DNA of 64,000 bases from an uncultured delta proteobacterium (GTDB taxonomy: Bacteria; Desulfobacterota; Binatia; JACPRU01). Position numbers and translations under genes: made by a program. Under the pieces are notes generated by a model. It saw only the letters and a list, made by a program, of their open reading frames with translations, searched no databases and had not been told where the DNA came from. Positions within the stretch are counted from its first letter, which is position 1. Each line of letters opens with the position of its first letter. Of the stretch, positions 1 through 10,362 are shown piece by piece. The stretch spans positions 10,684-74,683 of the forward strand of contig CAVPWJ010000182.1 of assembly GCA_963708955.1 (NCBI GenBank). The letters are read 5' to 3'.

Positions 1-13
1 TAGGAGAAGCGTC

Positions 14-936
14 ATGACGGAACGAGTTCGAGAGATCTTGAGCTGGTACGCGAGCGACAACCCCGGCACGCGCGCGAACCTCGCGCGCATGCTGAACCAC
101 GGCAAGCTCGGCGGCACGGGCAAAATGGTGATCCTGCCCGTCGATCAGGGCTTCGAGCACGGCCCGGGGCGGAGCTTCGCGCCGAACCCACCGGGCTACG
201 ACCCGAACTACCACTTCCAGCTCGCCATCGACGCCGGCTGCAACGCCTACGCGGCGCCGCTCGGCTTCCTCGAGGGCGGCGTCGGCCAGTTCCTCGGCGA
301 GGTGCCGCTGATCTTGAAGCTCAATAGCCACGACGTGCTCTGCGACGAGAAGGATCCGTGTTCCTCGGTGACCGGCAGCGTGAAGGAGGCGCTGCGGCTC
401 GGTTGCGCCGCGGTCGGCTTCACGATCTACCCCGGCTCGTCGCACATCCGCGAGATGTACGAGCAGCTGCGCGCGATCACCGAGGAGGCGAAGAGCGTCG
501 GCCTGGCCGTGGTCGTCTGGTCCTACCCGCGCGGATCGAGCCTCAGCAAGGAGGGCGAAACCGCGATCGACGTCGCCGCCTACGCCGCGCACATCGCCGC
601 CGAGCTCGGCGCGCACGTCATCAAGGTGAAGCTGCCCTCGGCGCACGTCGAGCAGGCCGAGGCGAAGAAGGTCTACGAGAAGGAGCGCATCCCGATCGGC
701 ACCATTGCCGAGCGCGTGCGCCACGTCGTGCAGGGCTGTTTCGACGGGCGCCGGATCGTGATCTTCTCCGGCGGTCCGGCCAAGGGCGACGAGGCGATCT
801 TCGAGGAAGTGCGCGGCATCCGCGACGGCGGTGGTTTCGGCTCGATCATGGGCCGCAACTCCTTCCAACGAAAGAAGCCCGAGGCCGTGAAGTTCCTCGA
901 CACGGTGATGAGGATCTACTCCGGGGAGATCCCGTA

Positions 937-937
<1 letters not shown>
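14..937 (+). CDS. fbaB: Class I fructose-bisphosphate aldolase (DhnA/FbaB type)
   Basis: The 307-aa ORF aligns over its length to E. coli FbaB. Shared blocks include ILPVDQGFEHGPG, NPxxYDPNY, LAIDAGCNA, PLILKLN and the Schiff-base Lys region VIKVK. Confidence 0.85.
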
Positions 938-2406
<1,469 letters not shown>

Positions 2407-2516
2407 GCGAGCCGGCCGAGATCTCTACACGCCCGCCGAGCCTCGCCTCCGGCGGGCGAAAGGGTGTAACGTGGACCTCGCTCGTTCTCATCGAGGGAGG
2501 AGCGGGGGAGGCAAGT

Positions 2517-3116
2517 ATGAGCCGAGGTCTCGCAATCACCGCAGTGATCGTTGCCGTCGCCTGGATCGCCGGCGCGGCACCTGATGTCGCGGCGCAGAAG
2601 CTCTACAAGTGGACGGACAAGGATGGGAAGGTCCACTTCTCGAACGTCTCCCCGGGCGGCGAAGGCGCGACCGCCGAGGAGTCGTCGGGCACTTCGCCAC
2701 AAGGCATCGAGGCGCGAAGCCCGGAGTCCGCCGAAGCCGAGGCGCCGCCGGCGCCGGCCGTCGGATCCGCCGCGCAGTCCGAGGTCTCGGACGAACAGTT
2801 CTCGTCGAAGGTGAGCGGTACCCGTATGCGCTTGAAGCGTGAGCTCGCGCAGGCCAAGGAGCAGGCGCGGGCGGCCGACGAGAAGCTCACGGCTCTCAAG
2901 AAGGAGCGCGACCAGCCGGCGCGCATGGGCCTCGAGATCCTGCAGAAGGTCTACGGCCCGGATCAGCACGAGTCGACCGAGGAAGAGGATCTGCGCAAGC
3001 AGAAGGCCACCGCCGAAAAGCGCGCCGAGGACATCCGCAAGCAGTACAGCGACCTGCGCGACGAAGCGGTGAAGCGTTACGGCGGTCAGCCCCCCTGGTG
3101 GCTGTCCATCGAGTGA
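2517..3116 (+). CDS. DUF4124 domain-containing secreted protein (coiled-coil)
   Basis: ATG at 2517 is preceded by the SD GGGAGG...GGGGGAGG. The N-terminus is a hydrophobic signal (AITAVIVAVAWIAGAAPDVAAQ), followed by the DUF4124 signature LYKWTDKDGKVHFSN, then a coiled coil rich in charged residues. The C-terminus is RYGGQPPWW. Confidence 0.7.
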   Translation: MSRGLAITAVIVAVAWIAGAAPDVAAQKLYKWTDKDGKVHFSNVSPGGEGATAEESSGTSPQGIEARSPESAEAEAPPAPAVGSAAQSEVSDEQFSSKVSGTRMRLKRELAQAKEQARAADEKLTALKKERDQPARMGLEILQKVYGPDQHESTEEEDLRKQKATAEKRAEDIRKQYSDLRDEAVKRYGGQPPWWLSIE

Positions 3117-3123
3117 TGTTTCC

Positions 3124-3147
3124 ATCTCTCCCCTGGTAGGGAGAGAT
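3124..3147. terminator. Hairpin (9-bp stem ATCTCTCCC / GGGAGAGAT, 6-nt loop) 8 nt downstream of the DUF4124 gene stop
   Basis: A perfect inverted repeat is read directly. There is no U-tract, so intrinsic-terminator function is uncertain. Confidence 0.3.
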
Positions 3148-3266
3148 CGGGCGCGAAGCGCGCACTGGGGGAGCCGGCGCGACCGCCGCGGAGCCCCCCT
3201 CGCCCTTCGGGTGGTCTCTCCCCCGTCGGGGAAAGACGCGGAGCGGCGCTTTGGAGCCTCCACCTG

Positions 3267-3290
3267 TCTAAGTACCCGCGGGTACTTAGA
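3267..3290. repeat. Perfect 24-bp palindrome TCTAAGTACCCGCGGGTACTTAGA between convergent genes, overlapping the stop codon of the 2-hydroxyacid dehydrogenase
   Basis: Both halves are exact reverse complements. The TAA stop of the minus-strand gene (3286-3288) lies in the right arm. Confidence 0.6.
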
Positions 3291-4182
3291 CGAGCCGGAA
3301 AGGCACGTCGCGCCCGTCGAGCAGCGCGCTCACCGCCTCGATGATGCCTTCGGCGATCTGGGCGCCGAGCGCGGGATGCCACCCTGCCGCGTGCGGGGTG
3401 ACGAGCACTCGGGGGTCGACGTAGCGCGACAGCTCCGCCGGCTCGGCGGGAAACACGTCGAGGCCGAGCCCGGCGAGATGCCCATCGTGCACCGCCGCGA
3501 GCGCGGCGTCGACGTCGACGAGCGCGCCGCGCGCGGTGTTGACCAGCACGGCTCCGCGGCGCATGGCGCGGATCTCGCGCCGCCCGATCAGGCCGCGGTT
3601 GTCGGGCGTCAGCTCGCAGTGGAGCGTGACGACGTCGCTCTCCTCGAGGATCGTCTCGAGCGAAGCGCTGCCCGTGAGCAGCGGGTCGCAGCGGAGAACG
3701 TGCGCCCGCAGCGATTCCAGGACCTCGACCATGCGCTTGCCGATGACGCCGACGCCGACGACGCCGACCGTGCCGAGCAACGTCGCGCCGTACCCCGCGA
3801 GGCGCGGTCGCTCCCAGCGGCCGGCGCCCGCCGCCTCCTGAAAGCGGCCGAGCCGGCGCGTGAGCGACAGCATCATTCCGAGGGCGGTCTCGACCACGGC
3901 GTCGCGCCGCGCGAGCGGTAGCCGGGCGGCGGGGATGCCCGCCTGGCGCAGGGCGGCGAGGTCGAGCTGATCGAATCCCGACGTCGTGGTCAGCACCAGC
4001 CGGCAGCGCCGTAGACGACGGACTACTTCGGCGTCGACCCGTACGGTGCTCGGCACGACCAGCACGTCGGATTCTTCGAGCGGAGCCGCCTCGCCGGCCA
4101 GGGCGATGGCCTCGACCGCCGCGGGCAGACCGGGGACTTCCGGCGTCTCGTACTCCGACCAACCCCAGCGCACGAGCTTCAT
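3286..4182 (-). CDS. D-isomer specific 2-hydroxyacid dehydrogenase family protein (NAD-binding)
   Basis: ATG at 4182 gives MKLVRWGW... The NAD-binding motif GVVGVGVIGKR is present, as are the catalytic R/E/H context (VNTARGALVD, HLAGLGLDVFPAEP) and the C-terminal LVTPHAAGW. Only the 298-aa 3' portion of the 871-aa track ORF is real. Confidence 0.8.
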   Translation of the reverse strand: MKLVRWGWSEYETPEVPGLPAAVEAIALAGEAAPLEESDVLVVPSTVRVDAEVVRRLRRCRLVLTTTSGFDQLDLAALRQAGIPAARLPLARRDAVVETALGMMLSLTRRLGRFQEAAGAGRWERPRLAGYGATLLGTVGVVGVGVIGKRMVEVLESLRAHVLRCDPLLTGSASLETILEESDVVTLHCELTPDNRGLIGRREIRAMRRGAVLVNTARGALVDVDAALAAVHDGHLAGLGLDVFPAEPAELSRYVDPRVLVTPHAAGWHPALGAQIAEGIIEAVSALLDGRDVPFRLV

Positions 4183-4260
4183 GGCGAGGCTTATAACCGC
4201 TTTCGTCGCGGCGCGCAGACCTCCTGCCCCGGCCGCGTCTCGCCTGCTAAAGTCGGCGGC

Positions 4261-5394
4261 GTGGTGCTCGAGGTGAAAGAGCGGCTTTCCGACGTGCCGG
4301 CCGAAGCGTGGAACGCGCTGGTCGGCGACGGCTCGGTGTTTCTCGAGTGGGAGTGGCTCGCCTCGCTCGAGGAGGCGGGCTGCGTCGGCGCGCGCACCGG
4401 CTGGCTGCCGCGGCACTTGACGCTCTGGGAAAGCGGCGACCTGGTCGGCGCGTGCCCGCTCTACGTGAAGGGCCACAGCCTCGGCGAGTTCGTGTTCGAC
4501 CATGGCTGGGCCGAAGCGGCAGAGAGCGCGGGCATCGCTTACTATCCGAAGCTGCTGGTCGGCGTACCGTTCACGCCGGCCGCCGGCGCGCGCTTCCTCG
4601 CGCGCAGCGGCGGCGAGCGGCCGGCGGTGATCCGCGCGCTCGGCGAGGGCCTGGTCGAGATCTGCCGCCGAAACGACTTCTCCTCCGTGCACGTGAACTT
4701 CTGCCTGGACGACGAGGTCGCCGGGCTCGGCGCGATCGGCTTCGAGCGGCGCACCGGTTACCAGTACCAGTGGGAGAACCCGGGTTGGCGGAGCTTCGAG
4801 GATTACCTCGCGGCGCTCAAGAGCAAGCGCCGGACGCAGGTTCGGCGCGAGCGGCGCGCGCTTGCGGAGCAAGGCATCGCGATCGAGGTGCTCGCCGGCG
4901 AGGACATTCCCAACGCCCTCTTCGCGGTCATGTTTCGTCTCTACGAGACGACGATCGACAAGCTCTACTGGGGCCGGCAGTACCTGAACCGCGACCTCTT
5001 CGACCTGCTGCGCGCGCGCTGGAAGCGGCGCCTGTGCTTCGTCGTCGCGCGGCGGGGCGGCGAGATCGTCGCCGGCACGTTCAACGTGCGCAAGGGCGAC
5101 GTCCTCTACGGCCGCTACTGGGGCGCATTCGAGGAGATCCGCTTCCTGCACTTCAACGTCTGCTACTACGCGGCGATCGAGTACTGCCTCGAGCAAGGGC
5201 TCCGGCGGTTCGAGCCCGGCGCCGGCGGCGAGTTCAAGCACCTGCGCGGCTTCGAGGCGACGCCGACCGAGAGCATGCACTACCTCGCCGACCCGCGCCT
5301 GGCGCGCGCCGTCGCCGAGTACCTCTCGCGCGAGCGCCGCGCCGTCGAGCAGCACATCGCCGTCATGGACGAGCGCAGCGCGCTGCGTCGCTGA
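4261..5394 (+). CDS. GNAT-like N-acyltransferase of the BioF2-like/COG3146 (DUF482/PF04339) family
   Basis: The 377-aa ORF shows good GC3 codon bias. Conserved blocks EWEWLASLEE, GWLPRHL, YGRYWGA and EPGAGGEFK are typical of this family. Confidence 0.6.
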   Translation: MVLEVKERLSDVPAEAWNALVGDGSVFLEWEWLASLEEAGCVGARTGWLPRHLTLWESGDLVGACPLYVKGHSLGEFVFDHGWAEAAESAGIAYYPKLLVGVPFTPAAGARFLARSGGERPAVIRALGEGLVEICRRNDFSSVHVNFCLDDEVAGLGAIGFERRTGYQYQWENPGWRSFEDYLAALKSKRRTQVRRERRALAEQGIAIEVLAGEDIPNALFAVMFRLYETTIDKLYWGRQYLNRDLFDLLRARWKRRLCFVVARRGGEIVAGTFNVRKGDVLYGRYWGAFEEIRFLHFNVCYYAAIEYCLEQGLRRFEPGAGGEFKHLRGFEATPTESMHYLADPRLARAVAEYLSRERRAVEQHIAVMDERSALRR

Positions 5395-5439
5395 CCCGTG
5401 ACGATGCACCGCCGGTCGTAGTAGAGTCCGCCGCGGGAG

Positions 5440-5844
5440 GTGGTGCGCATGAGAGAGGTCGGCGTGAGACTCGAAGGAAAGGTCGCGATCGTCACCTGCC
5501 TGCTTGCCGCTCTCGCGGTACTCACCTCGGCCTGCGCGCGGAACGTCGTCCTGCCGCAATCGCAATCGACGACCACGCAGGTGGATCTCTCGCGCAAGAA
5601 CTACCGCGTCATCCGTTCCAACGCCGTCGGGGCGAGCCATGGCTTCAGTCTGCTCGGCCTCGTGCCGATCGTGTCGCCGACGTATTCGGGCGCGATGTCC
5701 AAGCTCTACGAGGCCGCTGGCATCGGGGAGGGGACGGCCCAGGCGCTGGTCAACGTGAGCCAGGAAGCGTCGACGGTCTACTTCGTGGTGTTTTCGGTGC
5801 CGACCCTGACGGTCCGGGCAGACGTGATCGAGTTCACCGAGTAG
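5440..5844 (+). CDS. Putative small lipoprotein
   Basis: The N-terminal signal peptide ends in the lipobox-like LTSAC. The mature part is about 110 aa and the ORF is coding-like. The family is not recognised. Confidence 0.5.
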   Translation: MVRMREVGVRLEGKVAIVTCLLAALAVLTSACARNVVLPQSQSTTTQVDLSRKNYRVIRSNAVGASHGFSLLGLVPIVSPTYSGAMSKLYEAAGIGEGTAQALVNVSQEASTVYFVVFSVPTLTVRADVIEFTE

Positions 5845-6046
5845 GACCGCGCGGATCGCGAAGATCTTTCCCGGGCGCGCGGGGTGGGTGTGCCGCGCCA
5901 CCTCCGCGGGTATCAGAAAAGGGAATTCCAGAAAGGCGCGGTGTCGAATATCATCGAGACGAGGAACGTCTCAACAGCAACAGCGACGGTCTGGACGCGT
6001 GCCATCGAGGGCGCGGCCGGTGGGGGGGGTATCCGAGGTGCGCCAA

Positions 6047-7603
6047 ATGAAGCCGAAGACGAAGTCATGGATCGCCTTGACCGGAGCCTCCGTGGTGATG
6101 GCCGGAGCGATCGTCGCCTCCGCCGCCGACTGGTTCCCGTGGGGTAAGCCGAAGAGCGAGGAGAGGCTCGCGCCCCCGCCGACGGCGCCCGCGGCGCAGG
6201 CCCCGGCGCCGTCGAGTTACACGATGACGCTGCCCTCGTTCGCCGACATCGCGGCCCGGGCAGAGCCGGCGGTCGTCAACATCTCGACCACGCAGACCGT
6301 CAAGAACGAAGGCTTCGGCGGCTTCGGGCAGATGCCCGGCCCGGGTGGTCGCGGCGGTCCCGGCGGCCCCGGGGGGCCTTTTGGCGGAGGCGATCCGTTC
6401 GAGGAATTCTTCCGCCGCTTCATGCCGCAAATGCCGAAGAGCTTCAGAGCGCGAAGCCTCGGCTCGGGCTTCATCATCGACTCCGACGGCACGATTGCCA
6501 CCAACAACCACGTCGTAGAACACGCCGACGAGATCCTCGTGAAGCTCTCCTCGGGAGAGCACCGCTACAAGGCCAAGGTGATCGGCGCCGATCCGAAGAC
6601 CGATCTGGCGGTCATCAAGATCGAGCCCGAGGGCGCGTCGATTCCCAAGCTCAAGCTCGGTAATTCCGACAGTTTGCGCGTCGGCGACTGGGTCGTCGCC
6701 ATCGGCAATCCGTTCGGTCTCGAGCAGACCGTGACGGCTGGCATCGTCAGCGCCAAGGGCCGCTCGATCGGCCAGGGTCCCTACGACGATTTCATCCAGA
6801 CCGATGCCTCGATCAATCCCGGCAATTCCGGCGGGCCGCTGCTCGACATTCACGGCGAGGTCGTCGGCATCAACAGCGCGATCTTCAGCGAGAGCGGCGG
6901 CAACATGGGCATCGGCTTTGCGATTCCGTCGAACCTCGCGAAGTCGATCGTCGAGCAGTTGAAGACCAAGGGTAAGGTCGTGCGCGGCTGGCTCGGCGTG
7001 ATGATCCAGGACGTGACCGAAGACCTCGCCAAGTCCTTCAAGCTCCCCGAGCCACAGGGCGCGCTGGTGTCGGGCCTGAAGGAGGACGGCCCGGGCGCCA
7101 AGGGTGGCCTCGAGCGAGGTGACATCATCCTCGAGTACGACGGCCAGAAGGTGAAGTCCTCGCACGAGCTGCCGGCGATGGTCGCGGCGACGCCGATCGG
7201 CAAGAGCGTCGACGTCAAGGTGCTGCGCGAGGGCAAGGAGAAGGCGCTGAAGTTGAAGATCGCCGAGATGCCGAAGGGCGAGGGCGAAGGCGGTGGCGCC
7301 GAAGGTGGCGGCGCGCCATCCGACGAGCAGCTCGGATTGATGGTTGCACCGGTCGGGCCCGAGGTGGCGCGCGCGCTCGGTATCGAGCCCGGCTCCGGCG
7401 TGCTGGTGAGAGCGGTCAAGTCCGGAAGCGTGGCCGAAGATGCGGGCCTGCGGCCGGGAGACGTGATCCTCGAGGTCAACCGCAAAGCGGTGAAATCCGT
7501 CGAAGCGTTCAAGGAGGCGGTCGGCAAGAGCAACGCCGGCGAGAGCTCGTTGTTCCTGGTGCGTCGCGGAGACGCGACTCTGTTCCTCGCGCTGAAGCGC
7601 TGA
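6047..7603 (+). CDS. htrA: Do/DegP-family periplasmic serine endoprotease with two PDZ domains
   Basis: The catalytic triad context is present: HVV (His), D in TDLAVIKI and GNSGGPL (Ser). Two PDZ-like regions follow (GVMIQDVT...; VLVRAVKSGSVAEDAGLRPGDVILEVN). The N-terminal signal anchor is MKPKTKSWIALTGASVV. Confidence 0.9.
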   Translation: MKPKTKSWIALTGASVVMAGAIVASAADWFPWGKPKSEERLAPPPTAPAAQAPAPSSYTMTLPSFADIAARAEPAVVNISTTQTVKNEGFGGFGQMPGPGGRGGPGGPGGPFGGGDPFEEFFRRFMPQMPKSFRARSLGSGFIIDSDGTIATNNHVVEHADEILVKLSSGEHRYKAKVIGADPKTDLAVIKIEPEGASIPKLKLGNSDSLRVGDWVVAIGNPFGLEQTVTAGIVSAKGRSIGQGPYDDFIQTDASINPGNSGGPLLDIHGEVVGINSAIFSESGGNMGIGFAIPSNLAKSIVEQLKTKGKVVRGWLGVMIQDVTEDLAKSFKLPEPQGALVSGLKEDGPGAKGGLERGDIILEYDGQKVKSSHELPAMVAATPIGKSVDVKVLREGKEKALKLKIAEMPKGEGEGGGAEGGGAPSDEQLGLMVAPVGPEVARALGIEPGSGVLVRAVKSGSVAEDAGLRPGDVILEVNRKAVKSVEAFKEAVGKSNAGESSLFLVRRGDATLFLALKR

Positions 7604-7735
7604 GGGCTCCGCCCGGGTCCGTGCTCGACGGTCTTGCAAGTCGGGCACGGACCTCCCCACCCTCGTGCCCCGGCGAGGCCCGATTCCCGCAGCGCCTCGG
7701 TCAGCGCGGCGAGTCGCTCGCGTCGAACGGCGCGG

Positions 7736-9145
7736 TCACCGCGCCGTCGGTCGGTTCTTCGACACGCTGGCCTTCGCCGGGGCGAAGTCCAGGCCGATCT
7801 CCGGATTCTTCACTTGACCGCCGCAGGCGCGCGCGAGTCCCGGCATGACTTCCTCCGCGAAGTGTTGCATCTGCGCCTCGACTTCCTCGCCCCGGAAGCC
7901 GGCGCACTCGAACCAGGCGTTGAACATGAAGTCGTCGTAGCCGCACTGCTCCTTGATCTTGAGGACCGCCTCGCCGATCTCGGCCGGCGTGCCGAACAGC
8001 GCCACGCCCTTCTTCAGCAGCATCGCGGTGTCGACCTTCATGTCGATCGCGTACAGCGGCTCGTGGGCCTCGGCGAGCGAGGCGGCAAAGCCGAACGGCC
8101 CGTAGTAGTCCCACTGCAGCTCGAGCGCGGCTTTGAAGCGTGCGAGCTCCTTCTCGCGGCTGGCGCCGGGCGGCACCAGGTGGATGTTGCGGGAGGTGAC
8201 CACGCCGCGGCGCTTCTCGACGTCCCAGCCGAACTTGAAGCGGCCGCGATTCAGCCGATCCGGCCAGCCGGCCTTCTCGGCCACCTCGTAGTACGTCTCG
8301 ATGTTCTTGCGCAGCCGCGAGTTCGGCTCGACGATGAAGTAGCCGTTGACGCCCCGCTCGGCCGCCCATTGGATCGAGCGCCCGGTGGTGAGCGGCTCCC
8401 AGATCTGAGGATAGGGCCGCTGCAGCGGCTGCGGAAACACCTGCAGCTCCTTCAGCGTGGTCGCGCTTTGCATCACCGGGTTCGGCCCGCCGTAGGGATC
8501 GGGGCCGCCGATCTTCAGCACCTCGTCGAGCTTGCGTCCCGCCTTGCCGGACGCGAAGTAGGCGATCGTCTGCTGGTGGTTCCAGCGCGTGAACACTGGC
8601 GGGATCGTGAAAAACTGGCCGTGGTGCGAGAAGGAGGGCTCGGTCCAGCACTTCAGGATGATCTCGTAGGCCTCCTGGTAGAACGCGCGGTTTCGCTCCT
8701 GATCCTGGATGGTGGCGAACGGCCAGCCGAACACCTCGGCCTCGCGCGGCTGATAGCCGCGGCCCATGCCGAACTCGAGTCTCCCGCCGGACAGTACGTC
8801 GAGCATCGCCGCCTGCTCGGCGATGCGTACCGGATGCCACCAGGTGACGATGTTCGCGGCCTGGCCGAGGCGGATGCGCTTGGTGTGCGCCGCGACCGCG
8901 GTCTCGGCGAGCAGCGGGTTGGGGCTGAACTCCGCGCCTTCCGGCTGGAAGTGGTGCTCGGTCATGAAGAAGTAGTTGTAGCCGAGGCGATCGGCGAGGA
9001 TGCCCTGGCGCACCTGGTTCACCAGCACGCGCTGGTTCGACTCGTGGACCTCGGCGAGCGTGCCGTCGTTGACGACGATCCCGCTCTCGGTCCGGAAGCA
9101 GGGAAGATCGCTTGCCCCGTTGTGGAAAACGCCGATCTCGATCAT
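7736..9145 (-). CDS. LLM-class (luciferase-like) flavin-dependent oxidoreductase
   Basis: ATG at 9145 has an AGGAG SD. The N-terminus MIEIGVFHNG... is followed by the MTEHHF motif typical of LLM monooxygenases/F420- or FMN-dependent oxidoreductases. Confidence 0.8.
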   Translation of the reverse strand: MIEIGVFHNGASDLPCFRTESGIVVNDGTLAEVHESNQRVLVNQVRQGILADRLGYNYFFMTEHHFQPEGAEFSPNPLLAETAVAAHTKRIRLGQAANIVTWWHPVRIAEQAAMLDVLSGGRLEFGMGRGYQPREAEVFGWPFATIQDQERNRAFYQEAYEIILKCWTEPSFSHHGQFFTIPPVFTRWNHQQTIAYFASGKAGRKLDEVLKIGGPDPYGGPNPVMQSATTLKELQVFPQPLQRPYPQIWEPLTTGRSIQWAAERGVNGYFIVEPNSRLRKNIETYYEVAEKAGWPDRLNRGRFKFGWDVEKRRGVVTSRNIHLVPPGASREKELARFKAALELQWDYYGPFGFAASLAEAHEPLYAIDMKVDTAMLLKKGVALFGTPAEIGEAVLKIKEQCGYDDFMFNAWFECAGFRGEEVEAQMQHFAEEVMPGLARACGGQVKNPEIGLDFAPAKASVSKNRPTAR

Positions 9146-9274
9146 GACTCCTCCGTAGGCTGTGCGGGGATTACCGCCAAACTGCGGTTCGATTTGCAAG
9201 CCATCTTTCGAGAGCGGAGTTGCGTCTTCGAGCCGCGAACGGTGGCTGCGTCACGACGTCCGGAGCGGGCGGAA

Positions 9275-9745
9275 TCAGCCGCCGGATCGCAGCGCCTCGA
9301 GTACCTTTGCCGGATGCTGCTCCGCGCTCGGCACCCGCGCCCAATGCTTTTTCACGGTGCCGTCGGGGCCGATCCACACAGTCGAGCGGATCACGCCGAC
9401 GGTTTTCTTGCCGTACATCATCTTCTCGCCGTAGGCCCCATACCTCTCCATCACCTTGCGACCGGGATCGGAGAGCAGCGGGAACGGGAGCTTGTACTTG
9501 CTGGCGAACTTGCGGTGCGAGTCGGGGTCGTCCGCCGAGATGCCGAGCAGCACGGCATTGGCCTTTTTCAGCTCCTTCCAGCCGTCGCGGAAGCCGCAGG
9601 CCTCCTTCGTGCAGCCGGGGGTATCGTCCTTCGGATAGAAGTAGACGATCACGTTTCTGCCGGCGAAGTCGGCGAGCGAGACCTTCTTGCCGTCGGCGTC
9701 GGCGAGCGTGAACGCGGGAGCCGGTTTTCCTTCTCGAACGGGCAT
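9275..9745 (-). CDS. bcp: Peroxiredoxin Bcp (thiol peroxidase, thioredoxin-dependent)
   Basis: ATG at 9745 has an AGGAGG SD. The 156-aa product carries FYPKDDTPGCTKEAC, which holds the peroxidatic Cys. Confidence 0.85.
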   Translation of the reverse strand: MPVREGKPAPAFTLADADGKKVSLADFAGRNVIVYFYPKDDTPGCTKEACGFRDGWKELKKANAVLLGISADDPDSHRKFASKYKLPFPLLSDPGRKVMERYGAYGEKMMYGKKTVGVIRSTVWIGPDGTVKKHWARVPSAEQHPAKVLEALRSGG

Positions 9746-9910
9746 CGACGAACCTCCTCTTTCCTTCGACCGTCGCAAAGCTCGATAATTGCCTATCATG
9801 CTTGGGGCGCGCTGGGTCGACAAGCGCCGCGTCGTTGCCAGAAGGCGGGCGGCGGGGTAAGGGACGCGCCGAAGCGGGAAGCCTCGCCAGCCGCCGAGCC
9901 CCGGCCTCCG

Positions 9911-10357
9911 ATGGATCCGCGCCCATCCGACATCGAATCGCCCGACTCCTCCGCGGCGCACCTCGCGATGCAGGAGGTTCTGCGCGCGCCCGACACGCTG
10001 GCCACGGCGCTGCAAGACGCGGCGGCGGCCGGCGGCTCGAAGTGGAGGCTCGCGCGCTTCGTCGCCCGCGCGATCCACTTTTTCGCGCATTGCCAGGTGG
10101 CTTGGAACGCCGCCGTGGCGCGGGCGCTCGAGCAGACGGTTCGCGCCGTCGATGCGCGCGACCGTTGGGTCGAGCGCGTGGTCGCGCGGCTGCGCGCGGC
10201 CGAGGAGCGGGTCCGGCAGCTCGAGACCGAGATCCGTGCCGCTCGCGAGGCGGAGGAGGACGCGCGCCGCAAGATCGCGTTGCTCGGCCTGCGCCTGCGG
10301 GATCTCGACGAGCGCCAGCAGGAGATGGCCCGCCGCCTCGGCGGCGAGGGGCGCTGA
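9911..10357 (+). CDS. Hypothetical coiled-coil protein upstream of the glycosyltransferase
   Basis: ATG 9911 opens a 148-aa ORF ending 5 nt before the GT4 start. The C-terminal half is heptad-like (RLRAAEERVRQLETEIRAAREAEEDARRKIALLGLRLRDLDERQQEM). It overlaps long spurious ORFs, so the call is low confidence. Confidence 0.3.
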   Translation: MDPRPSDIESPDSSAAHLAMQEVLRAPDTLATALQDAAAAGGSKWRLARFVARAIHFFAHCQVAWNAAVARALEQTVRAVDARDRWVERVVARLRAAEERVRQLETEIRAAREAEEDARRKIALLGLRLRDLDERQQEMARRLGGEGR

Positions 10358-10362
10358 TCGCC

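Noticed and set aside
3286-5901. 871-aa minus-strand ORF
   Set aside because: Only the 3' 298 codons (3286-4182) encode the 2-hydroxyacid dehydrogenase. The upstream part is antisense to the well-supported acetyltransferase and lipoprotein genes and is R/A/G-rich junk.
6065-7660. 531-aa minus-strand ORF antisense to htrA
   Set aside because: The HtrA frame carries the catalytic triad and PDZ domains. The antisense frame has no domains.
7634-10357. 907-aa plus-strand ORF spanning the LLM oxidoreductase and bcp loci
   Set aside because: It is antisense to two well-supported minus-strand genes, with Arg/Ala/Leu-rich low-complexity translation and no recognisable domains. This is the typical GC-rich spurious frame. 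Only its last 148 codons (9911-10357) are retained, as a low-confidence hypothetical.
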